From positions 224,001 through 288,000 of the forward strand of contig CAWCNS010000004.1 of NCBI GenBank assembly GCA_963796965.1: a stretch of 64,000 bases of DNA. The letters are read 5' to 3'. Numbering within the stretch: position 1 is the first letter of the stretch; each line of letters starts with the position of its first letter. The notes under the pieces are model-generated. The model was given only the letters and a program-made list of their open reading frames with translations. It did no database searches and was not told the origin of the DNA. Shown here one piece after another: positions 29,559 through 40,222 of the stretch. The translations under genes were made by a program, and so were the position numbers. This DNA is from Calditrichia bacterium. GTDB taxonomy: Bacteria > Calditrichota > Calditrichia > JAJRVZ01.

Positions 29559-31487
29559 GTGAGATCCTCTTCTATGAAAACACTTATCACATCATTATCC
29601 ATACTCATCTTATTGGGATTACAGTCCTGCCACAATATAGCCCCTGATAAACCTAATATCATCATCATATTTACGGATGACCAGGGCTACGCTGATCTTG
29701 GTTGTTATGGGGCTGAGGGATTTAACACACCCAATCTGGACCAAATGGCTAATGAGGGTATGCGTTTCACCAGTTTTTATGCAGCGCCGACCTGTTCACC
29801 TTCCCGGGCAGCGTTGCTAACAGGTTCTTATCCTGTTCGGGTTGGCGTTCCTGCCGTGCTTGAACCGGATAGCCCAACTGGTCTGGATCCGGGTGAAATC
29901 ACCATTGCCGAGATTCTTAAAGAGCAAGGATATGCTACAGCCTGCGTCGGCAAATGGCATTTGGGTGATCAACCTGCGATGATGCCTACCAACCAGGGAT
30001 TTGATGAATATTTTGGTCTTCCCTATTCCAACAACCAATGGCCCTGGCGAAATAGTCCAGTTAAGGAAGGGGCCCGGTCTGATTTGTATCCGGATCTTCC
30101 TTTATATAAAAATCAAAAAATTGTTGAACTAAATCCTGACCAAAATCAGCTCACACGGCGATATACAGATTATGCGTTAAGATTTATCGAAGCAAATAAG
30201 AATAAACCGTTTTTTTTGTATTTACCCCATAGCATGGCCCATATTGCTCTGGGCGTGTCGGAGAAATTTGCTGGCAAGACAGAGTATGGTCGTTATGGTG
30301 ATGTGATGGAGGAGATTGATTGGTCAACGGGTGAAATATTAAAGGCTTTAAAAAGGAATAACCTGGAAAATAAAACCCTGGTAATTTTTACCTCAGATAA
30401 TGGGCCTCCGCTTTCATATGGAGATCATGCTGGTAAGGCTTATCCACTTCGCGAAGGGAAAAGCACCACTTTTGAAGGGGGATTGCGTGTCCCTTGTCTT
30501 ATGCGTTGGCCAGGAAAGATTCCATCCGGATCGGTAAATCATGAGATAGCCACGACAATGGATCTCTTACCAACTATTGCCCGGTTGGTGGGAAGCCAGG
30601 TGCCCGGGGACCGGGTGATAGATGGTAAAGATATCTGGTCATTAATGAGCGGAAAGCCCGGTTCCAAAACACCCTATAACGCATTTTTTTATCACTGGGA
30701 TTCTGAATTACAGGCGGTGCGTTCCGGGTCCTGGAAATTACATTTTCCCCATATGTATAGGTATCAGGTAGAGGCAGCGGGAAGTAACGGCCAGCGGGCT
30801 GGTGAAATTGATGCCTCCATCGGTTTGTCCCTTTATAATCTGGATGAGGATATTGGGGAGACGAAAGATCTTTCTGATCAGCACCCGGATATCGTCAAAA
30901 AACTCACCGTTCTTGCTGATGATCATCTAAAGGACCTTGTTGAAAATTCAAGAGCACCCGTGGATATTTCTGATATAGACTGGCGCCGCTACCAGGATCA
31001 AATATCCACAGGGGAATTTATTACAGACTGGTGGCTCATTGGTCCTTTTGATAATAGCAGCAGGAAAGGAATGGAAAACGTATACCCACCGGAGAAAGAA
31101 TTTTTTCCGAACCGAAAATATACCGGGCACACGGGCCAAAAGATTGGATGGTGGTTATATGAAGGGAAGGGAGACTCCTATATTAGCCTGGCCAAACTGT
31201 TCAATCCCTCTGATGAAGAGGTGGTTTATGCCCGGCGGATATTTAATCTTAAGCAGAGGGCCAATCTTAAAGTCGGCTTGGGAAGCAATGATGGTATAAA
31301 GATGTGGGTTAATGGTAAACTTGTTCATTCTAATATTATTGCAAGAACAGCAATACCCAATGACGATGTTTTTACCGCGCCATTTAAAAAAGGTGAAAAT
31401 GTGGTCTTGTTAAAGATCGATCAACTTGGCGGCGGTTGGGGATTTTTCTTTACCATAATTGAAGGAAATGAATATATAGTGCATTAA
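29559..31487 (+). CDS. S1 arylsulfatase-like lipoprotein with shared C-terminal module
   Basis: Lipobox 'LQSC'; 'KPNIIIIFTDDQG', 'CSPSR', 'GKWHLG', 'TSDNG'. CTD at 31017-31487. Probable start is ATG 29574. Confidence 0.92.
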   Translation: MRSSSMKTLITSLSILILLGLQSCHNIAPDKPNIIIIFTDDQGYADLGCYGAEGFNTPNLDQMANEGMRFTSFYAAPTCSPSRAALLTGSYPVRVGVPAVLEPDSPTGLDPGEITIAEILKEQGYATACVGKWHLGDQPAMMPTNQGFDEYFGLPYSNNQWPWRNSPVKEGARSDLYPDLPLYKNQKIVELNPDQNQLTRRYTDYALRFIEANKNKPFFLYLPHSMAHIALGVSEKFAGKTEYGRYGDVMEEIDWSTGEILKALKRNNLENKTLVIFTSDNGPPLSYGDHAGKAYPLREGKSTTFEGGLRVPCLMRWPGKIPSGSVNHEIATTMDLLPTIARLVGSQVPGDRVIDGKDIWSLMSGKPGSKTPYNAFFYHWDSELQAVRSGSWKLHFPHMYRYQVEAAGSNGQRAGEIDASIGLSLYNLDEDIGETKDLSDQHPDIVKKLTVLADDHLKDLVENSRAPVDISDIDWRRYQDQISTGEFITDWWLIGPFDNSSRKGMENVYPPEKEFFPNRKYTGHTGQKIGWWLYEGKGDSYISLAKLFNPSDEEVVYARRIFNLKQRANLKVGLGSNDGIKMWVNGKLVHSNIIARTAIPNDDVFTAPFKKGENVVLLKIDQLGGGWGFFFTIIEGNEYIVH

Positions 31488-31592
31488 TTACAAATCTGCA
31501 TTCTATACTTGATACATTCTCAGCCCCGAGATGTTAATTGATAAATCAAAACTTTGCACAATACAAAGAATTGAATAATAAAGTAATTAATA

Positions 31593-31721
31593 TTTCACGC
31601 AAAGGCGCCAAGACGCAGAGAAAAATAAATAATTTTTTTAAAGGATTTAAGACCATGAGATTGATATAAAAATTAATCTTTATATGGATAAAACTTTGCG
31701 TCTTAGCGCCTTTGCGTGAAA
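31593..31721. repeat. CGCAAAG-family inverted-repeat element upstream of sulfatase 3
   Basis: TTTCACGCAAAGGCGCCAAGACGCAGAG ... CTTTGCGTCTTAGCGCCTTTGCGTGAAA. Confidence 0.85.
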
Positions 31722-31742
31722 AAGATGAGATAGGAAATATCA

Positions 31743-33671
31743 GTGAGATCTTATATTATGAAAAAAATTATCACATCCTTATTCCTGCTTATATTTTTGG
31801 GATTACAGTCCTGCCACAATATATCCCCAGATAAACCCAATATAATCATCATATTTACCGATGACCAAGGTTATGCTGATTTGGGATGTTATGGCGCAGA
31901 AGGATTTGCCACCCCTAATCTGGATCAAATGGCAAATGAAGGAATGCGATTTACCAATTTCTATGTTGCGGCATCGGTCTGTTCTCCTTCGCGGGCAGCG
32001 TTGTTAACCGGTTCCTATCCCGCCAGGGTTGGTGTCCCATCCGTTTTGCATCCGGTTAGTCCAACCGGTCTGGATCCAAGTGAGATCACTATCGCCGAAA
32101 TCTTTAAAGAACAGGGTTATGCAACCGCCTGCGTCGGCAAATGGCATGTTGGTGATCATCCTACCATGATGCCTACCAATCAGGGTTTTGACGAATATTT
32201 TGGCATCCCCTATTCCAATGATATGTGGCCATGGCGGAATGACTATAAAAAAGAAAGTCCACCGTCAGACTTATTTCCCGATCTTCCCCTTTATAAAAAC
32301 GATCAAATAATAGAGCGTAATCCAGATCAGAATCAAATCACCAAACGATACACGGAATTTGCACTCAGATTTATTGAGAAATATAAGGATGAACCTTTCT
32401 TTTTATATTTGCCTCATACGATGCCCCATATTCCCCTGGGTGTCTCTGAAAAATTTGCAGGTAAGACAGCATATGGTCGATATGGTGACGTCATTGAGGA
32501 AATCGATTGGTCGACAGGAGAAATTCTAAAAGCCTTAAAAATACTTAATCTGGATAAAAAAACGCTGGTTGTTTTTACTTCCGATAACGGTCCCTGGCTG
32601 ACCTACGGAACTCATGCCGGCAGGGCCTACCCCCTGCGTGAGGGAAAATCAACCACCTTTGAAGGAGGTCAGCGCGTGCCCTGCATTATGCGCTGGCCGG
32701 GTAAAATCCCCGCTGGTTCTATCAACAATGAATTAGTGACGACAATGGATTTTTTACCAACTTTTGCCGGATTAACTGGAGGGGCAATGCCTGAGGATAG
32801 GGTGATTGATGGCAAAGATATCTGGTCCTTGATGCGGGGAGAACCTGGAGCCCGGTCTCCCTACAAGGCGTTTTTTTATCACCAACCATCCGGATTAGAA
32901 GCTGTACGTAGCGGACCCTGGAAGTTACATTTCCCTCATAGGTATCGGCAACAAGCCGGAAAGGGAGGGGTAGATGGTTTTCCGGCCGGCGCGGCCGATG
33001 CGTCCATTGGTCTCTCTCTGTTTAATTTGGAAACGGATATTGGGGAAACGAAGAATCTTGCCGATCAGCATCCTGAAATTGTCGAAAAATTAACGACGCT
33101 TGCAGACGCCCATCTAAAAAATCTGACCGAAAACGCCCGTGTACCTCTCGAAATTTCTGATTTAAGCTGGAAACGATATCAGGATAAACTCTCCGAGGGT
33201 GAATATATTACAGACTGGTGGCTAATCGGCCCTTTTGATAATACGAACCGTAAAGGTATCGAGAAAGTATACCCTCCGGAAAGAGAATTTCGTAAAACTA
33301 AATCCTATCCCGGAATTAATAATAAAATGATATCCTGGAAGGCTTACGACGGAGAAGGTAATGAATATATCAGTCTGGCCAAACTTTTCAAGCCCTCAGA
33401 AGAAGCTGTCGTTTATGCCCGGAGAATTTTTAATAGCGATAAAGATGGGATGATAAAGATTGGCCTGGGAACTAATGATGGTGTGAAAATGTGGGTTAAT
33501 GGAAAACTCGTACATTCAAATATTACAGGCAGAACGGCGATCCCGAATGATGATGTCATCACTGTCCCGTTTAAGGAAGGTGAAAATGTCGTCCTTTTAA
33601 AAATTGATCAGCTCGGCGGTGGCTGGGGGTTTTATTTTTCGATTATGGAAGGGGCGGATTCTATTAAATAA
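31743..33671 (+). CDS. S1 arylsulfatase-like lipoprotein with shared C-terminal module (tandem paralog of 29559)
   Basis: Same motifs ('CSPSR', 'GKWHVG'), same length (642 aa), colinear. CTD at 33204-33671. Probable start is ATG 31758. Confidence 0.92.
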   Translation: MRSYIMKKIITSLFLLIFLGLQSCHNISPDKPNIIIIFTDDQGYADLGCYGAEGFATPNLDQMANEGMRFTNFYVAASVCSPSRAALLTGSYPARVGVPSVLHPVSPTGLDPSEITIAEIFKEQGYATACVGKWHVGDHPTMMPTNQGFDEYFGIPYSNDMWPWRNDYKKESPPSDLFPDLPLYKNDQIIERNPDQNQITKRYTEFALRFIEKYKDEPFFLYLPHTMPHIPLGVSEKFAGKTAYGRYGDVIEEIDWSTGEILKALKILNLDKKTLVVFTSDNGPWLTYGTHAGRAYPLREGKSTTFEGGQRVPCIMRWPGKIPAGSINNELVTTMDFLPTFAGLTGGAMPEDRVIDGKDIWSLMRGEPGARSPYKAFFYHQPSGLEAVRSGPWKLHFPHRYRQQAGKGGVDGFPAGAADASIGLSLFNLETDIGETKNLADQHPEIVEKLTTLADAHLKNLTENARVPLEISDLSWKRYQDKLSEGEYITDWWLIGPFDNTNRKGIEKVYPPEREFRKTKSYPGINNKMISWKAYDGEGNEYISLAKLFKPSEEAVVYARRIFNSDKDGMIKIGLGTNDGVKMWVNGKLVHSNITGRTAIPNDDVITVPFKEGENVVLLKIDQLGGGWGFYFSIMEGADSIK

Positions 33672-33895
33672 AAAGTAAGAGGGTAAAGCAAAAGTAAAGT
33701 GGATAAAGCTTCTGTTTTGATTAAACGGAAAGGCGTTAAGCTGAAGAAGATAGCATGACCCTCGAAGTATTCCGAATTAATTTCGGATTAATTGAAGTAA
33801 ACTTCCAATGGACTTTTTGGAAAAAACACTTTAGTTATTATTTGTTAAATATTTAAAAACAAATTTTTGGAACAGATCATATAAGCCAGAATACC

Positions 33896-36239
33896 ATGAT
33901 ATCACTATATAAAAATACGTACTGCGCGTTATCGTTTTTATTATTAGTTGTATTATTTGACAATTCATTCTCTCTACAATACAAGGATTCTCAATCAAAT
34001 AACAATTAACAATCTTCTTCCAACCCCACAAGTAATCGAACAGATAGAAGGGGAAATGTACTCTCACAGCTGAATCGGTCATTTACTATAGTGAGGATAA
34101 ATGAGAAGAATTAGTCTTCGGTCATATCCCGGTTTCTTGATCTGTTTGAAGAAAGATATCATCTGCGATTTATCACAGAACCTAAAAAAGGAATAAGAAA
34201 TTTCAGATCATCATTAAGAGATAACAAACACAATCAGATTCTGAAGCGATTAGTCCCGATTCAAATTGAAAGTAAAGGGTGAAGAAGTCTATGATCTTAT
34301 AGTTCATGCTAAGGGTATAAACATCGATGCAAACTCGTTAAAAGGTGTGAGATGGGCTTTAATGACATTGTTACAATTAGGGTTCCAGGAAGACCCGGCG
34401 AAAATTATGATACCCTGCCGTCAAGAATCCTTGATTGGCCCCATTATCGCTGGCGGGGCTATATGCTGGATACGGGCCGTGCCCCCTATTCGATTGAGCA
34501 AATCAAACGCACGATCAGAATTTGTTCAACTTTCAAATTAAATTTTCTCATGCTTCGTGAAGGGGATGATGAATTAAATGCATTTAGATTTAATAATTTA
34601 AAGTTAGGCCATAATAACCCATTTGCCCTGACAATTGATGATTTATCCGAACTAATAAAATATGGTGAAGAACATGGAATTGTTGTCTTTCCTGAAATTG
34701 AATCATTAGGCCATGCGGCAGCAAAAAGGATTCATTATCCGGACCTGGTCGAGGGAGACATGTATGCTGATTATTGGCCGGGCTTTTTTCATCTCAGAAA
34801 AGCAAATTTAAAAGTTGGAAATCCCGGGACATACCAGCTTCTTGCATCTATTTATGAAGAATTATTTCCTTTACTCAAAGTTCCAATCGTTCATCTGGGT
34901 CTCGATGAAGTCAGGCTATCAAAAGAAGAACAAGCGGATCACTTGGAAAAATTACTCCCCCTTGTTGACGAAACCGGAAATAAATTTGGACATGAGATGG
35001 AAATGATTGTCTGGAGTGATGCTCCACCGACGCCTCGTGGAATATCATGATCGTGTGATCAGATGTCTTTGGGTTTATGATGACAGCGTATCTCTGGATA
35101 ATCAATTTGCAAAAATGCAGGGAATCGAGACATTTATTCAACCAGAGTGCCGACAAAAGGTATTTATGTCGGCTGGATCAGGGACAGAACATCGGCCATA
35201 TTCAAAAGGGAACTATATTGGAGCCTTCAGGAACTTGACTTCATGGACTATGTTGGGCAAAAATTACCCAAATTTTATAGGTGTTCTGGCGGTTCAATGG
35301 GGAACCAACATTATTGATGAATGGTTTCCAAATTTTCTAATGGCGGCGGAATTTGCATGGAATGTACCTGAAAAAATGCCCGATTATGCTTCAACAATGG
35401 ATTGTATAATGCTTAAATTGCAAAAATTAAATGACTTTAGTCGGCCTGATCCGGCAGCAGTTGATCGTCCGGCCTGGGATGGTATTTGGTTAATTGGAAG
35501 AAATTGGGATGAAGATATTATGACCGGAAAAAAGGCCGCGCCTGTTATAGAAATATTTTCGGAGGGGGAATTCTTTCATCAGGAATCAACACCGGTTATA
35601 ATTGAATCGAATTTTCCACAAACAAAAATATATTATACGCTGGACGGAACAGAACCACATCGGAATGCCAAATTTTATTATGGTCCTTTTCGGGTCACAG
35701 AAACGACAACGATCAGAGCAAAAGGATTTTTAGCCGGTCGTCCTGAGAGCTATACAAAAACCCAGATATTTGCCAATTTGGACTACCAGGATCCAGTGGC
35801 ATCGGAGAAACTATCTCCAGGCATTGATTATACATTCTATTTAACGGATGTTTATTCTGTTTTAGACTTAGGTGATAAAGAAATTGCAGGCACGAGCGTT
35901 GCAGACAAAATCACAATTATTGATCAGGCTGTAGACGAAGAGAAATTTGGGTTGATCTTTTCCGGCTATATAGAAATTCAAAAAGAAGGATTGTATACCT
36001 TCTATCTTAGCTCCAATGATGGCAGTAAACTATATATTAATGAGAAGGAACTTATTGATAATAACGGCAGACATCCGTCAATTGAAAAAACTGGAAAAAT
36101 TTCACTAAGGATAGGGCATTACCCCATTAAGGTGACCTATTTTCAAAATGGTGGTGGTAAGGATCTCACATTATTCTGGTCAGCCGAATGGCTGGACAAA
36201 CAGGAAGTTCCTGAACATGTATTATATCATGCAGAATAA
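33896..36239 (+). CDS. GH20 beta-N-acetylhexosaminidase-like protein with Fn3/chitobiase-C and PA14 domains; several indels in the 5' half
   Basis: Signal-like ORF from ATG 33896, 'LLPTPQ' near 34014, 'RGYMLDTGR', 'PEIESLGH', catalytic 'HLGLDEV', 'YYTLDGTEP', PA14 'LSSNDGSKLYIN'. Confidence 0.72.
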
Positions 36240-36267
36240 GAAGGTCTTTCGTGATTAACAAAGGCAA

Positions 36268-36405
36268 TTTGGTATTGGTATCTATGGGGGGTTATCCTCT
36301 GGAATCGCTGCCGCTATTCAATCTGCACGAATGGGAAAATCTGTTATTCTGACTGGGTCGGGACGACATCTGGGTGGCATATCATCAAGTGGATTGGGGA
36401 ATTAA
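36268..36405 (+). pseudogene. Orphan fragment duplicating the FAD-binding N-terminus of the downstream oxidoreductase
   Basis: Translates to FGIGIYGGLSSGIAAAIQSARMGKSVILTGSGRHLGGISSSGLGN*. The 36480 gene has VVIYGGTSAGVSAAVQTARMGKSVILIEPGSHLGGLSSGGLGQ. Confidence 0.8.
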
Positions 36406-36479
36406 TTTTTCGATTATTGAGGCTGAAGTACAATAAAATGTAATGTAAATAGGCAAATAGAAAATAAAGAGGAAATGGT

Positions 36480-38609
36480 ATGGTAAAATCTTATTTCAAA
36501 ATAATTTTGACCCTGATGGTTTTCATGATTTCTCAAATGTTGATAGCTGATACGAGTGATGTTGTATTGGAATATGATGTTGTCATCTATGGTGGAACCT
36601 CTGCAGGGGTATCGGCAGCCGTTCAGACTGCCCGGATGGGAAAATCCGTGATATTAATCGAACCGGGGAGCCATCTTGGTGGCCTGTCTTCCGGTGGATT
36701 GGGCCAGACTGATATCGGCAATAAACATGTAATCGGAGGGATCGCCCGAGAATTCTATCAGCACGTCTATAAACATTATTCCCAAAGCGATGTCTGGATT
36801 CATCAGAGATACGATGAGTACCAGGAAAGAAAAGAGGACTGGGATGAAAATAAAATCTGGTGGAAATTTGAGCCTCATGTAGCTGAATCCATATTTAAAA
36901 CAATGATCGACGAGGCGCAAGTGTCGGTGGTTTTTAATGAACGATTGGATCTTGATTCCGGGGTTGAAAAAAAACAAACGATTATTAAATCAATCCGTAT
37001 GGAATCAGGAAAAATCTTTCGCGGAAAAGTCTTTATTGATGCCACCTATGAGGGTGATCTGATGGCCAAAACCGGAGTTTCCTACACGGTAGGACGTGAA
37101 TCAAATAGTCGCTATGGGGAGAGTCTAAATGGCGTGCAGACGAAGAATGCTGTATATCATCAGTTCGTCGACGGTGTTGATCCCTTTATTGAGAGGGGAA
37201 ATCCGCAAAGTGGCCTGTTACCAGGAATAGATCCTGATGGACCGGGAGAGGAAGGTGAGGGTGATCAGAAAATTCAGGCTTATTGCTTCCGTATGTGTCT
37301 GACCGATGCACCAGCAAACAGAACCGCCTTTAAAAAGCCGGCCGGATATGATCCAATGCAGCATGAATTGCTTCTGCGCAACTTTGAGGCAGGCGCAAGA
37401 GTCGTACCCTGGATTAACTCTGCCATGCCTAACCGCAAAACAGATACCAATAATAGCCGTGGTGTATCAACGGATAATATTGGACAGAATTATGACTGGC
37501 CGGAGGGCAATTATGCAATCAGGGACTCAATATTTAAGGCCCATCTTTTGTATCAAAAAGGATTAATGTGGACCTTGGCAAATCATCCCCGGGTGCCGGA
37601 TAGTATTCGCACCATTGTTAGTCGCTGGGGGGTAGCCGCAGACGAATTTACCGAAACCGATAACTGGCCACATCAAATTTATGTCCGCGAAGCAAGAAGA
37701 ATGGTCAGTGACTATATCATGACCGAAAAAAACTGTACCGGAGAGGTCATAGTAGCAAACTCAGTAGGCATGGCTGCCTATACGATGGATTCACATAATA
37801 TCCAGCGTTATGTGGATAATAATGGTTTTGTAAAGAACGAAGGGGATGTTGAGGTAGGTGGCTTTCCACCCTATCCAATTAGTTATCAATCAATCATTCC
37901 CCGTAAAGGAGAATGTGCTAATCTTGTCGTTCCTGTATGTTTATCATCCTCACATATTGCCTTTGGTTCCATACGCATGGAGCCGGTTTTTATGGTTTTA
38001 GGGCAATCAGCAGCCATTGCCGGATGTCTGGCCATTGACCGGAATAAAGGGCTGCAGTATCTCAATTATGAACTTTTACGTAAGGCACTTCTGGAGACCG
38101 GACAGATCCTTGAGATCGAAAATAGATTGCCTGACAGTCATTTTCTAATTGACTGGTGGCTTCTCGGTCCCCTTGATAACCCTGATAAAAAAGGTCTGCT
38201 AACCGTTTACCCGCCGGAAACAGAAATTGATACGACAAAAACATATTATGGTAGAAATAACAAAAAAATTATCTGGCAGAAATATAAAGGTCATGAATCC
38301 GGCTATGTAGATCTGGTTGAGGTTCTTTCCCCTTCAGATAAAGGCGTCGCCTATGCCTGCAAGATAATAGAGGTAAAAGCCGATACGCTTTTAGAAATTG
38401 GGGTGGGCAGTAATGATGGTGCTCGTCTCTGGGTCAACGGGGAACTATTCCTGGATAGACAGGAAGAAGGTATGGCAGTTCCCAACAAAGATGTCCTGTC
38501 TATACCATTTAAAAAAGGCAACAACACGATCCTGTTAAAAATCGACCAGGTTGGTGGTGGCTGGGGATTTTATTTTTCAATTGTTGGGGGCAAAAATAAA
38601 ACAAATTAA
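36480..38609 (+). CDS. Secreted FAD-dependent oxidoreductase (FAD_oxidored-type) with shared C-terminal module
   Basis: 'YDVVIYGGTSAG', 'FIDATYEGDL', 'YVREARR', 'DSH', 'HIAFGSIRMEP'. CTD at 38142-38609. Confidence 0.85.
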   Translation: MVKSYFKIILTLMVFMISQMLIADTSDVVLEYDVVIYGGTSAGVSAAVQTARMGKSVILIEPGSHLGGLSSGGLGQTDIGNKHVIGGIAREFYQHVYKHYSQSDVWIHQRYDEYQERKEDWDENKIWWKFEPHVAESIFKTMIDEAQVSVVFNERLDLDSGVEKKQTIIKSIRMESGKIFRGKVFIDATYEGDLMAKTGVSYTVGRESNSRYGESLNGVQTKNAVYHQFVDGVDPFIERGNPQSGLLPGIDPDGPGEEGEGDQKIQAYCFRMCLTDAPANRTAFKKPAGYDPMQHELLLRNFEAGARVVPWINSAMPNRKTDTNNSRGVSTDNIGQNYDWPEGNYAIRDSIFKAHLLYQKGLMWTLANHPRVPDSIRTIVSRWGVAADEFTETDNWPHQIYVREARRMVSDYIMTEKNCTGEVIVANSVGMAAYTMDSHNIQRYVDNNGFVKNEGDVEVGGFPPYPISYQSIIPRKGECANLVVPVCLSSSHIAFGSIRMEPVFMVLGQSAAIAGCLAIDRNKGLQYLNYELLRKALLETGQILEIENRLPDSHFLIDWWLLGPLDNPDKKGLLTVYPPETEIDTTKTYYGRNNKKIIWQKYKGHESGYVDLVEVLSPSDKGVAYACKIIEVKADTLLEIGVGSNDGARLWVNGELFLDRQEEGMAVPNKDVLSIPFKKGNNTILLKIDQVGGGWGFYFSIVGGKNKTN

Positions 38610-38626
38610 CCCGGATTATTTATCTT

Positions 38627-38803
38627 TTGCAAAGTCGCAGAGCCTTTTTCCACGAATTGCACGAATTAATTTAATCAATCAAGAATAGAGTCTTCTGAGA
38701 TCAGCAAAGATTTTCCCCTTTGTTTCTTAGTTCATTTTTCTTTTATCTTAAAATTTTCTCTGCGATCTCTTTGCTTTCTCTGCGTCTTCGCGACTTTGCG
38801 AGA
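38627..38803. repeat. CGCAAAG-family element with a nested CACGAATT arm
   Basis: Left TTGCAAAGTCGCAGAG, nested CCACGAATTGCACGAATT (38650-38667), right CTCTGCGTCTTCGCGACTTTGCGAGA (38778-38803). Confidence 0.75.
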
Positions 38804-38908
38804 GATATTATTTTTTTTTCGATGTACTCAGTGGTTAATTATTTTTTTGTATGAAGCTAAAATCTGCAGTATGAATAGACCAAATTCTAAGATTCGGGAA
38901 ATATAAAT

Positions 38909-40153
38909 ATGGATAAATTGGCGATTTATGGCGGACCGAAGGTTAAATCCACCCCGTTCGGAACAGGTAAACGTTTTGGTGAGGAAGAAAAAGAACAATT
39001 GATGCAGGTCATTGATGATGATATGCTTTTCTATTTTTTTGGTAAAAAGGTTTTTGAATTTCAAAGAGAGTTTGCCCATATGCACGATATGCAGCATTGT
39101 GTTGCCTGTTCTTCCGGAACTGCGGCAGTTCATATCGCTATCGGGACTTTAAATTTAGCCCCGGGGACCGAAGTCATTACAAGCGCGATCACAGATATGG
39201 GTTCATTAACGGGTATCCTGTATCAGAATCTGATTCCGGTTTTTGCCGATATTGATCCGCAAACCTATAACATGGATCCACAAAGTGTTGAGCAATGTAT
39301 TACGAATAAAACGGGAGCGATACTTGTTGTCCACCACTCCGGACTGGTCGCGGATATGGACAAATTTTTGGCTATGAGTGAAAAATATCAAATACCTATA
39401 ATCGAAGATGTGGCTCAAGCTTATCTTGGAGATTATAAAGGTCAGTTAGCCGGGACAATGGGCATCATTAATACTTTCAGCTTAAATCATTTTAAGCATA
39501 TTAATTGCGGGTCCGGCGGCATGGTTCTCACAAATGATGATCAGATGCGACGATTAGCGACGCTCTATCTGGACAAATGTTATGATCGGGAAGGGGGCAA
39601 ACGGAATCCCTTTTTTCTGGCACCAAATTACCAAATGACTGAATTGCAGGGTGCAGTTGCTCTCGCTCAATTAAAAAAATTGACCTGGATTATTGAACAA
39701 CGTCGGAAACTTGGGGATCGGCTGACAACCCTGCTAAAAGATATTCCCGGGATTACAGCCCAATTAATACCTGATGGTTGTCGGCATACCTATTTTCTTT
39801 TCCTCTTCCGTGTGGATACGGAGATGTTGCACACCACAACCGAAGAATTTTCAAAAGCGTTAGATGCAGAAGGTATTCCCAACCAAGCAAACATGATTAC
39901 CGGGGGCATGCCTGAATATGCTTATGATATTTTTAAGAACCTCTCAGCCTTTCCGGATAGCCAACATCCCTTTGTCAATGAAACCTTTGGAACCAATGTT
40001 TCTTATCAGGATGTCACATGTCCTCATGCAGAGAAAGCCTTTGAGCAAGTTATTAACCTGCAGATTAATGAATTTTACACAGAAAAAGATGTAGATGAAA
40101 TGGCCCAGGCAGTGGAGAAAGTGGCGAATTATTATTATCATCAGAGTCTGTGA
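38909..40153 (+). CDS. DegT/DnrJ/EryC1/StrS PLP-dependent sugar aminotransferase
   Basis: 'SSGTAAVH', 'PVFADID', 'IEDVAQA', 'FSLNHFKHINCGSGGM' (PLP Lys), 'NYQMTELQGA'. Confidence 0.9.
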   Translation: MDKLAIYGGPKVKSTPFGTGKRFGEEEKEQLMQVIDDDMLFYFFGKKVFEFQREFAHMHDMQHCVACSSGTAAVHIAIGTLNLAPGTEVITSAITDMGSLTGILYQNLIPVFADIDPQTYNMDPQSVEQCITNKTGAILVVHHSGLVADMDKFLAMSEKYQIPIIEDVAQAYLGDYKGQLAGTMGIINTFSLNHFKHINCGSGGMVLTNDDQMRRLATLYLDKCYDREGGKRNPFFLAPNYQMTELQGAVALAQLKKLTWIIEQRRKLGDRLTTLLKDIPGITAQLIPDGCRHTYFLFLFRVDTEMLHTTTEEFSKALDAEGIPNQANMITGGMPEYAYDIFKNLSAFPDSQHPFVNETFGTNVSYQDVTCPHAEKAFEQVINLQINEFYTEKDVDEMAQAVEKVANYYYHQSL

Positions 40154-40222
40154 GACGGATGTATAAAATCCATCTAAGATATACCTAAATGATGGAATTT
40201 TTTATTAATATGAGGAGTCCTA

